A stretch of DNA of 64,000 nt, taken from assembly GCF_018977255.1 (NCBI RefSeq), contig NW_024704743.1, positions 11,162,001 through 11,226,000 on the forward strand. The letters run 5' to 3'. The position numbers and the translations under genes were made by a program. Below are positions 46,145 to 61,100 of the stretch, in pieces (position 1 is the first letter of the stretch; each line of letters starts with the position of its first letter). This stretch comes from Callorhinchus milii (Eukaryota). A model generated the notes under the pieces. It worked only from the letters and a program-made list of their open reading frames with translations, made no database searches and was not told where the DNA came from.

Positions 46145-49100
46145 CTAAAAATAGGACATAAATGTTAACCTCTGATTATAATGTTCAAAACCGCCGATAT
46201 CTGCGTGTAACTATATACTTTCATATTAAATACTTTCAGCATAGAAGACTGGTTGATTTGAAGAGTAATCCTCTCAGTCCCAATTACCTGCCTTTTTCTC
46301 ACACTCCTGTAGTTTACTCCTCTAGATATCTATTTAGTTCCCTTTTGAAAGCTGATATTGATTCTGCCTCAACCACCGCTCCTAGCAGGGCATTCAGATC
46401 CTAACTTTTCTGTGTGTGAAAACCTCCTCATTTGCTTGTTTTCAATTAAATTGATGCCCTCTAGTCATGGACTCAACAACTAGTAGAAATAATTTCTCCT
46501 ATTTACATCTCATAATTTTAAGAACAACTTACATTAATATAGCATCCTTTAAGCTGGGTAGTGGCTTGGGAATGCTTTAAAGACGTCTTATCGGGTCACT
46601 GGTGAACCTTTGTTTCAAGGCCGTGCTTGATATTTATGGAGCTTGGTAACTATAGGAGGATGCTCTGTACCTCAATGTACAGTTAGTGCACCCTAACCCA
46701 GACATAAAGCTCAATTAGTGGTACCTACACTTCAGTGTTGATCATAGTACAGCCCAGCTTTATAACTCAAGCCTGCTGTATTCAGATTATCATTACTCGT
46801 GTGTAGAACATTTTGCATTGTTCTGACTGAGCTCTACCTAATAGCTGCAACTGAGGCAGAGGGAGATCTGTACAAGAATAGCAGAAGGCTTTCCTCCCAT
46901 TCTGCTGCAATTATTTAAGGTGCTGCCAATCATTAAGAAACGATATGAAAGTGAAGCAAAAATACTCAATTTTCAGCAGTGATGATGTGCAAGGTGTGCT
47001 GCTTTGAAACAGTTCAGTCATGGGCAAAATCCCACAATTAGCAGATCTGTAGTATAAATGTTTTTACACCGTGTAGATCAGTGTTGAGATATGCTTACTT
47101 TAAATCTGTCTCAGACATCAGCTGTGACACAGGCTGGAAGAGGAGGGTGCGTCTACGCATGCCAAGCAGGCAAATTGTATCATCGGTATTCGTAAATATT
47201 TTGCCTGTTATTTGAAAAAAAGGCATTATGATTACAAATTGCACAGAATAGCCTCACACAGGATAATGTCCCAGAGTGCCTTGACAGTGGCGGAGCATGG
47301 CAAAAGAGGGGAGGAGACAGTAGGCACTTTGGATTACAATAGTGAATAATTAAAATGATAATTATAATAATTACAATTATTTTAATTGTAATAATTAAAA
47401 TTACAATCGTGAAGATAAACAAGAAGGTTTTAAGTCAATCTTTTTGTTTTTTTAAGATTAATCAAGATAGATAATTTAAGAATATAAACTACAGTGCAGA
47501 ATTAGAATTGATGTGTAAAATCATCTCTAAATGGAAACAAAGTGTGTGATGGATCAATGCAGCATCCTGCAAATGTGAATTTCCGGAATACACACTAAAA
47601 AAAAAGAACACATTGATTGTGCGGGAAACAAATAATAATCTGATTCCTTTTGTGCATGGTTCCCTTGGTCTGAACAATTTCATTTTCAGGATACAACCCT
47701 AATGTCAACTATGGGCTACTTTACTCCACGTTTTGAGACTCTAAACCACGTGAATCTTTCATGAAGTTCTTCTACCTTGAAGATAAGGCAGAAGGAAAAC
47801 AAAGAACATGACCCATTCCACTAAAATGTTAACGCTCCAGGATTATTTCTAGATATGTAATTTGATGTCTGTCACTGAAAGGTTTCTGACATCAGATTAG
47901 GGTCTATGTATGAAATTCATTGCAGAGTGTGCAGTCCTCAATAGTTAATAGTGTGTGACACAAAAACAAACTGAAGCATTTCAAGCAAGAGTGATGAAGA
48001 AGCAGGGATACATATATTCTGACATGATCGTGTGATTTGTTCATTGGGAGAAACAGTTTTTAATAATCCTTGCACTTTATCATGCTGTATTAAAACATCT
48101 CAAAGGATGGGCACTTCACGAAAGCATCCAAAGGATGGCACCTCCGACAATGCAAGGTTATGCCAGCATTGCATTGGAATGTCCACCTAAACTGTGACTT
48201 AAACCCACAACCTCCTGACTCAGAGGTTAAAGTGCTACTGACAACAACAACAAATTGTGGAGTCCTGTAGCTCAGTGGTTAGAGCACTCGCTTTGCAAGC
48301 AAGAGACCTGAGTTCAATTCCAGGCAGGTCAGGGCGAAACCTTGGGCAAGTTTCCTTACTCCACACGCCTAATAATAATCCCTCCAAAACCAAAAACAAT
48401 AATAAATTGGTCATTTTCAATCTACGACTGTTTGTGGGACATTGCTGTGCGCAATTGGCTGCCGCGTTCGCCCACAAATATACAGTCAATTCACTTTACA
48501 GTGTGTTCTGTGAAGCGCTTTGGGACGTCCTCCCGACGTGAAAAGCGCTATATCAAATGCAAGGATTATTATTATTATTATTACACTCGCATAGCGCCTT
48601 TCACCAGGCTGACAATTATCATAGAATCATAGAATGTTACGGCACAGAAGGAGGCCATTCGCCCATCGAGTCTGTGTCAGCTCTTTGATAGAGCAACTGA
48701 CTTTTATTAACCCCACTCACCAGCTTTCTCCCCATAACCCTGCAAACCTGTCTTCTCCAGATACCTACCCAGTTCTCTCTTAAAAGCTGTTATCGAATCG
48801 GACTTCACTGCCCTTTCAAGCAGATCATTCCAAATTCTAACAACTCGCTGAGTGAAAAAAATTCTTCTAACCTCCCCTCTGCTTCTTAAGACTGTGACCA
48901 CGAGTCACAGACACACCTACCAGCGGAAACAGCTTTTCCCTATCTCGCCTGTCGAAACCTTTCATGATCTTGAAGACCTCTATCAGGTCCCCGCGTAACC
49001 TTCTCTGCTCTAATGGGAAAAGTCCTAACTTTTCCAGCCTATCCTCATAGCTAAGGTTCCCCATTCCTGGTATCATTCTCGTGAATCTCCTCTGCACCGA

Positions 49101-52100
49101 TTCCAGTGCCTTAATATCCTTCCTGAAGTAAGGTGCCCAGAACTGGATGCAGTACTCCAGCTGAGGCCTAACCAGTGTTTTGTACAGATTAAGCATAACC
49201 TCCCTACTCTTATATTCTATGCCCCTACTAATGAAGTACATGAAATACCCTTTTTACTGCCCTATCTACCTGCTCTGCCACCTTCAATGAATCACTTACT
49301 TGAACGCCCAGATCTCTCTGTATGTTTACCCCCCTTAAGATTGAGCTACCAAGTCTATATTGCCTCCTATCATTTTTCCTACCTAAGTGTATCACCTCGC
49401 ACTTATCTACATTGAAATCCATCTGCCACATGTCAGCCCATTCCACCATTCTGTGTATGTCTGCCTGCAGTCCGTCACAATCTTCTTCACTATTTACTAC
49501 CCTACCTAACTTGGTATCATCTGCAAACTTGGAAATAGTGCTCTCTATGCCCAAGTCCAGATCATTAGTATATATTAGAAAGAGCAGTGGTCCCAATACC
49601 GATCCCTGGGGGACACCGCTGCACACCTCCTTCCATTGTGAGAAACACCCATTAACCACCACCCTCTGCATTCTGTCACTCAGCCCGTTCTTAATCCAAA
49701 CGGCTACTGTCCCCTTAATACCGTGGGCCTCCAGTTTTTTTATTAACTTCTTATGCGGTACTGTGTCAAAAGCCTTTTTAAATTCCATGTAAATAATGTC
49801 AACAATTATGACTGTTATAAGAATAAGGTAAAGACTGTGAAGTGTTTAGTAGAAAAGTGTAAAGTGGAAAGATGTTGCTGAGGGGATTTGATCAGAGAAT
49901 TTCTGCTAGGAATAGCTAAATTCTGATAACAGGCTGATAGAGTTGCTCTGGATTTATTGAGAAGACAACAAAGGTAATTCTTTGAGCCATTCCTACTAGT
50001 ATTCAACCTTTCCTGGCAGACAGACACCTTGGCAATATCATGGTTTCAAACAGAACAAGTCAGAAGTTTTAAAAATGTAAAATATAATTTACGTAATGGT
50101 GGCCAATCTGTGTCCCACCACGCAGGGACATCAACAAGCGGTTCCCGAACATTCGCACGAGTAGAGATAAGTTGGATCGGTAGTGTGTTTTCAGTTTTTT
50201 TCTTGATTGAATTAATAATAATCTTTGCATTAATCGCTTCTTTGAGGTGTCTCAAAGCGCTTCATAGAATATATTGTAACGTGAATTTACTGTTTATTTT
50301 GTGGGCAAAACACACACAGCAATGTCCCATAAAGAGGCATGCTTTGAGTGACCAAATTATTATTTATTTCGATAATAATAATAATGTATTTTGTTGCCTG
50401 ACCATAAAGGTTGGGCACCACTGCATTAGCGGGTTACATTGAAAGTAACAGTGCAGATATGTCCTATTCTAGTTAATGTATCGGCAACATGAAATTGGGT
50501 TTTGATTGTTAAAAAGAACCAGATTGTTAAAGTATCCTTAAAGAGTCACAATAGAGATTTTTTTATGCCTACATTTTCTTCGGATGGTAACCTTAATCCT
50601 GAAAACGTTAGGGTGACATTGTTGAAGCAATCTATTTAAATACACGATCAGTGAAAGGAAGTAGTAAATCTGCCACTAATTTATCAAAGAATAAAACCCA
50701 TTACCTTCATCTACGAGTCCCATGAAGTCGGCAAAAAAAGCAAGACAGGACAAAGAGAAGTTAATATGACTAATCTATTTTATGACACACATCGATATTC
50801 AGAAAACAGCACATGTTTTATACAGAAACAATTTGACCTAATGTTATAATAATAATAATTCTTTCATTGGATTCAACACCTGTTATATCAAAGCACTCCA
50901 CAGTTAATTGCTGTGAAGTGCAGTGACTGTGCATTTATAGACAAATCAGGCTATAAATGCAAATGTGTGCACAGCATTATTCTACAATTCACCATGAAGT
51001 GAATATCTGGAGAATTATTGTCTAGTGCATGAGAGAAATTGTTTCCTTTTTGAATAATAGCATATGACATTTTTAATATCAACTTGGACCTTGGTTTAAC
51101 ATGTCAGCTGAAGGGCAGAATATCTGAACATGGAGGGCTCCTCTCAGTATTACGTTGCAATGTCAGCCTAGACTATCACCTCAAAGTCATGAGGGCTTAA
51201 ACCACAACCTTTTAATCAGAGGTGAAGTTGAAGGTAACTGGTTTAAATGCAACCATCCTTCCTGGTCTTAATCATTCTACTTGACAATTTGGTCCCTTCA
51301 TTTCCCAACATTAATTACCCTCTGGGTAAAGAAAAACTTTCTTTCTGGAAATTGCTACTTGAAACTCTAAATTATACATTTCTCTAGTTCTATGGATGAT
51401 TTTAGCAGCCTTTCTATTGTTCTAGATGAAGGGTCTAAGGAAGAGGAAAACGTACACAGATCATTGTGCTTCTTGCTGGCTGGTTCAGGTCTGAAATATA
51501 ACATGCCAACATAAGATCAAACTTTTGATCATTTTTCCAGCATTCATCCTCACAGAATCTCATAGCCTGTTTATAATGAATTTCGATCCTACTGGCCCTC
51601 AATTTCTGTCCTCATCATTGTGTCTCTTTCATTATGAAGCAGAATTAATTAAGCATTGAATTGTTCACTCCCTAATAAAAAAATAATAACCTTCCCTTAA
51701 TGATTTACTAGCTAATCAGTTGGCACTCTGCTGATTAAACTCCAATTGCACCACAATTCACACCTAGGGGACCACAAGCCTTGGCTCATGCTATCCTGTG
51801 CCGATTGCTTTCCAGAATGAGGTAAGCAGAGAATTACCACATGTAGGTGTCAATGCATGGAACTCTCAGGCTGGTTTGGATACTTTTCAGCATGGTGATG
51901 GGTTTCCAAGCTTTCCCCGTGTGTCAGAAAATTGGCTGACCATAAAAAACTTAAGTAACTCAAGTAACAAATCCAGCTACGGTTCCAGGGTATTTCAGAC
52001 CTCATCTCAGTTAGATGGATGGAAGAAAGAGTAATATTCTTTGAAATGCTGTGGACAGACAGAGTGCCATAGCTCAGGGAAGTATTGTCTCCCGGGGTCA

Positions 52101-55100
52101 AATACACTGGTATGTTTTCAACTCACAAAATAGATCACAGAACCAGGAATTATAGTACGAAGGTTGGTCAAAGATCAGATGTATCTGTATTCCTGCATTG
52201 TTATTCACACAATGGCTAAATAACGAATTGCCCTATGTACTAATTTGCCTAAAAAAAATTAAGCCCTTAACTAATTGTTTGTTCGTCTGGTGTCCATTCT
52301 TCTGGTGGAAGTAACATGTAAAAAAACATTTTCACTGCTCAAAATCCTGCTTGCAAAGACCTTTTTTTCTGCAATCCAAAGGACCTCAAATTAGATCGAC
52401 CTTGGTCTTCTTTCGCCTAGCAAATTCTTTTGTTCTTAAATTGTAAGTAGATTGAGTTTTCAATGCATCAGGATGTTCATTCGATGTGAAGGCGCTGACA
52501 GCATCAGCATCCAAGGCTGCACTCTCAACCTCTCAAAGCCAGTCAAGAACCTCGGGGTTCTGTTCGACCCTGAGCTGTCCTTTCTCCCTCATATCCGCGC
52601 CACAACTGGCACCGCCTTCCATCACCTCCGGAATGTCGCCAGACTACGGCACTGCCTCACCCCTCACGCTGCTGAAACTCTGGTCCACGCCTTTATTACC
52701 TCAAGGCTGGACTATGGGAACTCTCTCCTCGCTGGCGTTCCCGGCAACTCCCTCCACAAGCTGCAGGTCATTCAGAACTCTGCAGCTCGTGTACTGTCCC
52801 GCACCAGGCTCCGGGACCACATCACACCCACCCTCGCTCACCTCCACTGGCTCCCCATTCCCCAGAGGATTGAATTCAAGATCCTCATCCTCACCTACAA
52901 GGCCATTCACGGCCTTGTTCCCTCCTACCTCTCCGACCTACTATCCCCCTATCTACCTGCCCGTACCCTCCGTTCCTCTGGCTCCGGTCTGCTCCACATC
53001 CTCCACCCCAACCGCCCTAACATTGGTGGCCGGGCCTTCAGTCTCTCAGCCCCTAGGCTCTGGAACTCTATCCCCCAGTGCCTTCGCCGCCTCCTCCCTT
53101 TCCTCCTTCAAGGCCGGTCTCAAGACCTTTCTCTTTGACCGTGCCTTCAGCTCCCCTCTCGACTCTCTACCCCTCCTCTCTCCCTCCCTTCCCTCCCCTC
53201 ACCCTGACCATTTCCCCCCTGCTCGGGTCCTGACCCAACTGTACAGCGCCTTGGGACGTCCTCCCGACGTGAAAGGCACTCTATAAATTGAATGTTGTTG
53301 TTGTTGTTGTTGAAAGGTGCAAGCTGTTGCATAATTCTAACCAACTGGGTGATAGACCTGATAACCCAACTGAAAACATGGACGAGAGATACCACATAGC
53401 TCCAGGTGGAGCATAAGGTCCAAAATGGAATGCATTGGTGCCGTATCTGTTCAAAGATCAGTAACCAATAGGAGCCTAACCTAACGTTAAAAACCCACAG
53501 AACAATATATTCACATATTTGTAGCCTAAATAAGATGTGAGACAAAAGTCGATATTAATTTCATAGAGACCAATTTCAGAAATATTTAGTCAAAAACTAG
53601 TTAAGACAAACTGAAACATGAATCAAAAGGTTAGCCATGCCTCGTTAACAACAAATTATATAGCACCAGAAATAGGAATGGTTTACTTTGGTCAACATTC
53701 AGTTGAAGGAATTTGAAACTCAACAGAACATGTCTAACAGGCTAGCAGTTCTATAGTCAAGAGAGATTGAGTTAGGTGTCATTCGAAGTGGATCCATTGA
53801 TGTGGATTATGTAACCATAGCATGTAGGAGAGCCCTCACCAAACATAAAGCCCTACTGCAGGTGACCTTGCAAGGACATTAGGAGACATTGTTAGTGCAG
53901 ACACAGTGAAAGCTGGTTTGTAAACAGTAAACTGGCTCAGGAATTAGACTGCTGAGCTCTACCCAAGAAGGTCCACTCAATTCCAATATTCCACTGCCAA
54001 GCACATCACCTTGAAGTCCACCGAGCCCCAAAAAGACCATGCTTTACTTTGCAGCCTCCTCTGAACTGTTGGGTGCTTCACAATCTTGTATTTATCATTA
54101 GACTCTAATTAAAGACTTGCTATTAAAAAGTTGGCATATTATAAATGTTACCTCTTCTGTAGTTCTCTTTTAGAGTCCTTGAGAGCCATTGGACGGCTTT
54201 CGCAGCAATTTTGGTTCCAAAGTTTCTATCAAATGGAGATGGTGCACCGCCCTGAGGAGGTTTAAATGTAAGCGACACCAATTAGTGCAAGAGACAACCA
54301 AAAACGTCAACACAGAATGGCACAAAATGCAGGCGTGCACCACAATATACTGCTCCAATAAACAATGCAGTTAAAAACAATATCCTCATCCACCACTTTA
54401 AGCATTACAGCTAAAATTCTTATTTTACCTGTTGCATATGTCCCAGAATGTTCTTCCGGCAGTCAAATATACCCTTCCCTTCTTCAGAATACAGCTGATA
54501 GATGAAGTCAGTTGTATAGTTATCATTGGAATTTTCATTTCTGCAAAGGACAGAAAAAGAAATGTAAACTAAATGATGGTAATGAACACTTGTTTTCTCC
54601 TGTGTAATTTGAACTCCAGAAATTAATATTATGCTGAAAATGCACTTTAGAAGGTAACCAATGTGACAGCAATTTATAACTACCAACATTAACATAAATA
54701 AATACGAGTGTATATGTGTCATGACCTGGCTCTATAAATATCTATCTTCTACATAAAATAAAATGACAATGTCTGTCTGTGCTTCAAGAAGGATCTCAAT
54801 AACTGATTGACACAGGGACATGGTTTATACCTCATCGGAACAACCTTGCACCTGAGAGTAACATGAGCATGTTTGTTTTCAGGTATCTTCTATCGTTCAT
54901 GAGTTATGACTAAAATGTATTTCAGTTTTGCGTTTTTCACTGCAATTACACACGGTTGTCGCGCCGGCTGACCGTGGCACTGTGGCAACAACAACTTGGA
55001 TTTATATAGCGGCCTCCACGCCAAACGGCGTCTCAGAGCGCTTTACAGTAACGGATCCTGGGGCCGAGCCAGAGGGAGGGGGAGGAAGGTGACCAAAGGC

Positions 55101-58100
55101 GTAGTCGAAAAGAAAGGTTTTCAGCAGAGACCTGAAAATGGGAAGGGAGGAAGCGAGACGAAGGGAGTGAGAAAGGCAGTTCCAGAGCCTCGGGGCATAG
55201 TGGCTGAAGGCATGGCCGCCGAGGGTGGAGCGGAGGACTCGGGGGACGAGGAGGAGGCCAGACCTGGAGGAACGAAGGCAATTGGTACTGTTTTGAGAGG
55301 AGAGGAGGTCAGAGGGTGAAGAGGAGTGCAGGGACTTGAATACGAGGGTGAGGATCTTGAAATTGATCCTCTCTGGGATAGGCAGCCAGTGCAGTCTGGC
55401 AGGGACTGGGGTGATCGGGGAGCGGAGTTTGGTGCGGATGAGAATGTGGGCGGCAGAGTTCTGAATGATTTGGATTTTATGGATGGTAGTGGATGGGTGA
55501 CTGGCGAGGAAGGCATTAGAGTAGTTCAGCCGAGAGGTGATAAAGGCATGGACCAGGGTTTCAACGGCTTTTGGGAAGAGGTATTGGCGGAGATGGGCGA
55601 TGCGTCGGAGGTGGTAGAAGGCGGTGATGGTGAGGGACCAATGTGGGGGAGGAAGGATAATTGGGGGTCGAACCTGACAGCTAGGTTGCGTACGGGTTCG
55701 GAGAATTTTAGGGGGAGGTCGGGTAGGTGGAGGAGGTGAGAGCCATGAGATTTTAGACTTTTAGATTTTTGCATCCTGCGTCACAGAGCACGCACGTAGC
55801 CAAGCGACGACAGGAATAAAATAAAGAATTAAGCTAACCCGCGGTAACAACGAAAAAATTACATTTTTAAAGTGCCTTTCACGTTGGGAGGATGTCCCAG
55901 TGATTATAAATTATACATTCATGTTTATCATTTTAAAGATGCCTAAGTGAAAATCAACCCTTTCAAAGATAAATAAAAAGGGTAGACAAAAGAGAGGAAG
56001 GCCCATTAAATGAAACTGAAGAACAGCTCACTTCAATGCTGAAAGGACTACAACAGCACGGCCAAAATGAGTCCTCTCACATGAGTCTTCCAAGATGAGT
56101 ATAGATAAAGATGAAATGTCTGTGTGTGTGTGTGTGTCTGACTGAATCCAATATGGAATCCAACATTCCATATTGGATTCTTTACCTGCAAGCGTATCTG
56201 TATATACACTTTAATTCTTGCATTTGAAATGGCGCCTTATCATGTTGTTGAGACGTCTCAATGCACTTCACAGGATATACTTAAAGTGGTGTGTTTGTGT
56301 GAATTTTGTGGATGAATCCTGCAGCCAATTTGCGCACTGTAATGTCATTCAAACAGCATATATACAAGATTACATTTGTATAGCGCCTTTCACATTTATA
56401 CAGTAGCTTTCAAGTGTCAAAGCTTTCCCGGAATAAGGAAATTGTTGCCATTGAACTATAATAGATCCAATGGTCTCACATCCTAAGGTTAATATTAAAG
56501 ATCCCTGGCCTATAATGTCACAAACAACTCAAAGAGTTACATAATGTTTTCTTAATGTAAAGTATAGCAACTGTAGTTGCACACTGCAATGTCCTACAAA
56601 CAGCCAAGAAGCAAATGAACAATTTTATGTGGTAGATTATTGACCAGGACATCATGAGAAACTCCTTTCACTTTTTGAGTAGTCCCCGGGAACTACACCC
56701 ACCTGAACAGGTAGACTGGACCTAGGTATAACATCTTACCCGAAAAATTACCTAGCACTTCCCCAACATGGCACTGGAGTGTCAGACTACACTTTGAGTC
56801 CTGACATAAAATTCGAACCCACAACACTGACACATTTCTCACCTGAGCACTAGACCCCGCTGGATAGAGGTTTTCATCTTCTCTGTCAAGTGTATCACAT
56901 TGGCCTGAAGAAAATAAAAATACAATACAGTATGACCCATATTGACGGTTTACAAAACTCCCCCCCACCCACACAAAAAAGAATCAAAGCTCCCGTTTCC
57001 TGACTGCTCTTTTATCAAAGTGTTACTGCCTTTAATAATCAATTTTGAGAGTTTGATCAATAAATCATGCGTTTCATAGCTAGTCACCTTTCATTTACCT
57101 TATAAAGGAAAAGCAAATATTCCCCTTTGCTCCCAAATGAATAGTTCCTCCTGCAAAGGTATTTTTGGATGGTGTTAGTTTGGGGAAGTAATGGGAATTG
57201 TTCCTAACTGGAACTAATTATCTTTGATCCTGAAAATTTAACTGAACAACAAACAAAGCCCTGAGGGTGATATATAAATATAATTTGTTGTTGTTGTTAA
57301 GCTTAATTGCATTCTTTGTAATTTATAATTATTTAAAAAATTTATTATAGCCCCTAATCTATATAAAAGCTAATTTTTATAATTGGCCGTTTCCAGGGAA
57401 AAAAAGGATGTTAGGCAAGCTTAACATTCACTGTGCAGCTCGACTTGTATAATGATGTGAAATTACTACTGATGACTGTCAGTTAGACTTCTTACTTGCA
57501 TACCGTTAACACCCTTAACAAAAATGAAGTTTGTGGTATCCCATTTACTTTTCACACTTGAGGCAGTGTCACCATATAAATCAACAAACATAATTAATGA
57601 GAATGGTAATAAGACTTCCTCAACTGGTTCTGTGCTTTTAGAGGTCTTTGTATGAAGCCTCTGTGGTACTTATTGCACACAAGTGATCCTGTATGTCAGT
57701 ATTGTTGGTTGGCTGGTTACGTAAACATTCAGAAATTTGATATGAGATGCATAAAAGCAGAATAACAATGATTGCTTAAGATGCTGGGTTCAACACATAC
57801 CCATCGGAATTATTTTTTCGTTTAATACAACTCAGACCATTGAGGCAAATATTTTGTGAATGGCAAAGTTGTGGGTGGGTGGGGTGGGGGAGGGAAATGC
57901 TTACCATGCCAACAGTTTACCATATCAACCATATCAACTGTTTCACGTGGTGCTTTTATTTCTTTAGATATCTCACCCAATTTTGTACTAAATAATTTAC
58001 ACAACCAGCCCTTTAATAACAATGCTGGTTAAAAACACCATCACATCCTCACTTTTATAAACTAAATGCAAATGCAAGGATAAAACATTACTTTCCACGC

Positions 58101-61100
58101 ACACTAAAGGAAATTGGAGCCTTTGAGCTATCACGGGATAACATATGATTAACGCAAATTGAACTAGTTATGTGTCAGTCTTTAAACCATTTAGCCACAG
58201 TACTTTTCAATCTTTGACCTTCCACAGCAAGTGTGTTAAATTATACTAAAATGTTGCTCTTGTACTAAAAATGAACTAGAATGTGAAATATTGATAAAGA
58301 CAACTCAAAATACTGTACTTAAAACCAAGAGACCTTGTAGAATAGAACTTTCAGTGGAGTGAAGAAGACTGAATTGCAAATGGTGGATATTAAAATGTAG
58401 CAAGGTATGGATAATGGAGATGTAAAATCAGCAGATTTTCACTGTTTGAAGAACTAGATGAAGCGAGCAGCAGGTTAATAAAGACTGATGAATACAACTT
58501 ATTTTCACTATTTTGAATAGGCCTGTTAAGCCCTTTAAAATGAGCTGGATCAAGATCCAGTAAACAACAGGAAGCGAAGGTTATACAGGGCAAGCTGCTC
58601 AGAGAATCTAAAGAAGAAATAATCTGGGGTCCACAAAATACCCTCTGTGGAATGTACTCAGTCAGGGCTGAAAATTATATTGATGATAGCAAGATTCTTT
58701 GCACAAACAAGCTTCAATTGTACCTGCCCAAGTGTTTACCTGCAGAGAAGATGAAATAATAATGGTAAAGAATATAATAATCCTTGCATTTGATATAGCA
58801 TATTATTAAGTCGTCAAGACTTTTCAAAGTCACACAACCAGCCCTTTGATAACAATGGTGGTTAAAAGTGGTGTGACTGTGTATTGTGTGGGTGCAGGTG
58901 GCAGACAATTTTGCACACAACAATATCCCACAAACAGCCATAGACTTTGTCTTAATAGAAATTTAGGGCACAGCAGAAGACCATTTAAAGGCCATGGAGT
59001 GAGTGGTTAACTTAACAGAAGGTTACGCGGGGACCTGATAGAGGTCTTCAAGATCATGAAAGGTTTCGACAGGCTAGATAGGGAAAAGCTGTTTCCGCTG
59101 GTAGCGGAGTCTGTGACTCGTGGTCACAGTCTTAAGATATCTACCAAAAGAAGCAGAGGGGAGATTAGAAGAATTTTTTTCACTCAGCGAGTTGTTAGAA
59201 TTTGGAATGATCTGCCCAAAAGGGCAGATAACAGCTTTTAAGAGAGAACTGGATAGGTATCTGGAGAAGACAGGTTTGCAGGGTTATGGGGAGAAAGCTG
59301 GTGAGTGGGGTTAATAAAAGTCAGTTGCTCTGTCAAAGAGCCGGCACAGACTCGATGGGCCGAATGGCCTCCTTCTGTGCCGTAACATTCTATGATTCTA
59401 TGATAAGGCACCACTGTTCAAGATACCAGGAGAAACTCCCTTCTGTTTTTGAATAGTGCCATGTGAAATAAAAGTTTAAGAAAGTCCACAATAATAAAAA
59501 TTGCACTTCATCTGCCAAGGAGAAATGGGTTCCGTGAGGATTCCCGTTCCATATGTTATGATGTTACAAGCATTTAAAGTACAATCCTGGTCCTTTGTTA
59601 AGTAATGGAATTCCAATTAAAGAATACACGATTTGTGGAATTTGTAGCCTGCACCACACTGGGGCAATCAAAATTTGTTTGTGACTCTAAAATATTAATG
59701 ATTTTTTTGCAAATACTGTATTGCATTAGCTTTTCTTTCTGGGAATTGGTTACAATCTAAATGTTCCTCTGCCTAGCGACTCTGACTGCAGGGGGAAATA
59801 AAAGAAGTTACACCAGAGCGTATCAAATACTTTATTTGGAAATGTGATCTCCATTTGGGGCATAAATAGAAACCTCTTTCAATCATGTTTGAGATACTCT
59901 GAAGTGAAGACAACGGCAAGTTAAAAATATCCCATGTGTCCACAAGAATGTAATGTGCTTGGGGCGGGGGCTGGGGGGAAGTACAGAGGTGAATGGGGAC
60001 ACACGTCACGGGAATAGATCTAATGGGAATGCATACACTTGTGTACATCAGAGCAAGACCCCCACAATACACACAATCACTGCACTTTATGGTATATCCT
60101 GTATATGTGTGTATATATGCTTTAGCATGTACTCACAACATGAAAGATGTTATATCAAATGTAAGGATTATTATTAAGAGAAAACCCAGAACGGGGAGAG
60201 AATTCCAGCTAACATATTCTCTATACAGTTCAATCAGTCAGACATTTTCCTATACTTCCCCCAACATACACCCCCCCAAAAAAATCGCAGGTCCAATGAA
60301 GATCAGAAACGTGACATTTCACATTTTTACAACATAACAATGTTTTAAAAAAAGAGAGAATTAAATCTGTGAAATGGTGCAGAACATCAATGTTCAATTG
60401 CCCACAAAATATACATTCAATTCACTTTACAGTATATTCTGTGAAGCGCTTTAAGACGTCTCAAAGACGTGATAAGGCACGGATGAATGCAAGGATGAAT
60501 ATTATTATTATTATCAATGCTGGGGGAATCAATGCTCCAATCTACCTGCAATTCACGAATGTCAATTGGATCCTCGAAGATGTAAGCAGCATCTGCCCCA
60601 GCAGCGAGTCCTCCCATACTCGCCAGGTACCCACAGTATCCGCCCATGGTCTCAATAATGAAAACACGGCGCTTTGTTCCACTTGCTGACTGTTTGATAC
60701 GGTCACATGTCTAACAGGGAAACACCAAGTCAGCTCAGGAATCACAGACCAAATCGGATTCAGCACATCCTAACAATTGATGAAATTTTCATTTCCGCTC
60801 ACCGTTTGTTGTCTGATCCCAGAAGTTTTAGAAAAAAATACTCAACTATAGCATTCTGCAACTGACCTTACATGCAATATCTACATGGGTTATTGTTTCT
60901 AAGGGGTTAATAATTTGCCTGACAAATGTTTTCCTGAATGTGACATCCATTATATGACTCTCACTTATTGCACTTAACTATGGCATATTTTTATCTTAAT
61001 TGGTGAAGTAAAAATAAAAGACAACATGGGACAAACACTGTGATTTAAAGGTCCTCCCACCACGCTAAAGGCAGATACCCCCCCAGACAGCTAATGAGGA

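Noticed and set aside
47180..47422. Ile-rich hydrophobic ORF
   Set aside because: Translation of an AT-rich low-complexity tract.
51456..51490. Exon-like segment on minus (tttcag...gtacgt) in the PFKP intron
   Set aside because: 35 nt, frame-shifting, weak pyrimidine tract and no PFK similarity.
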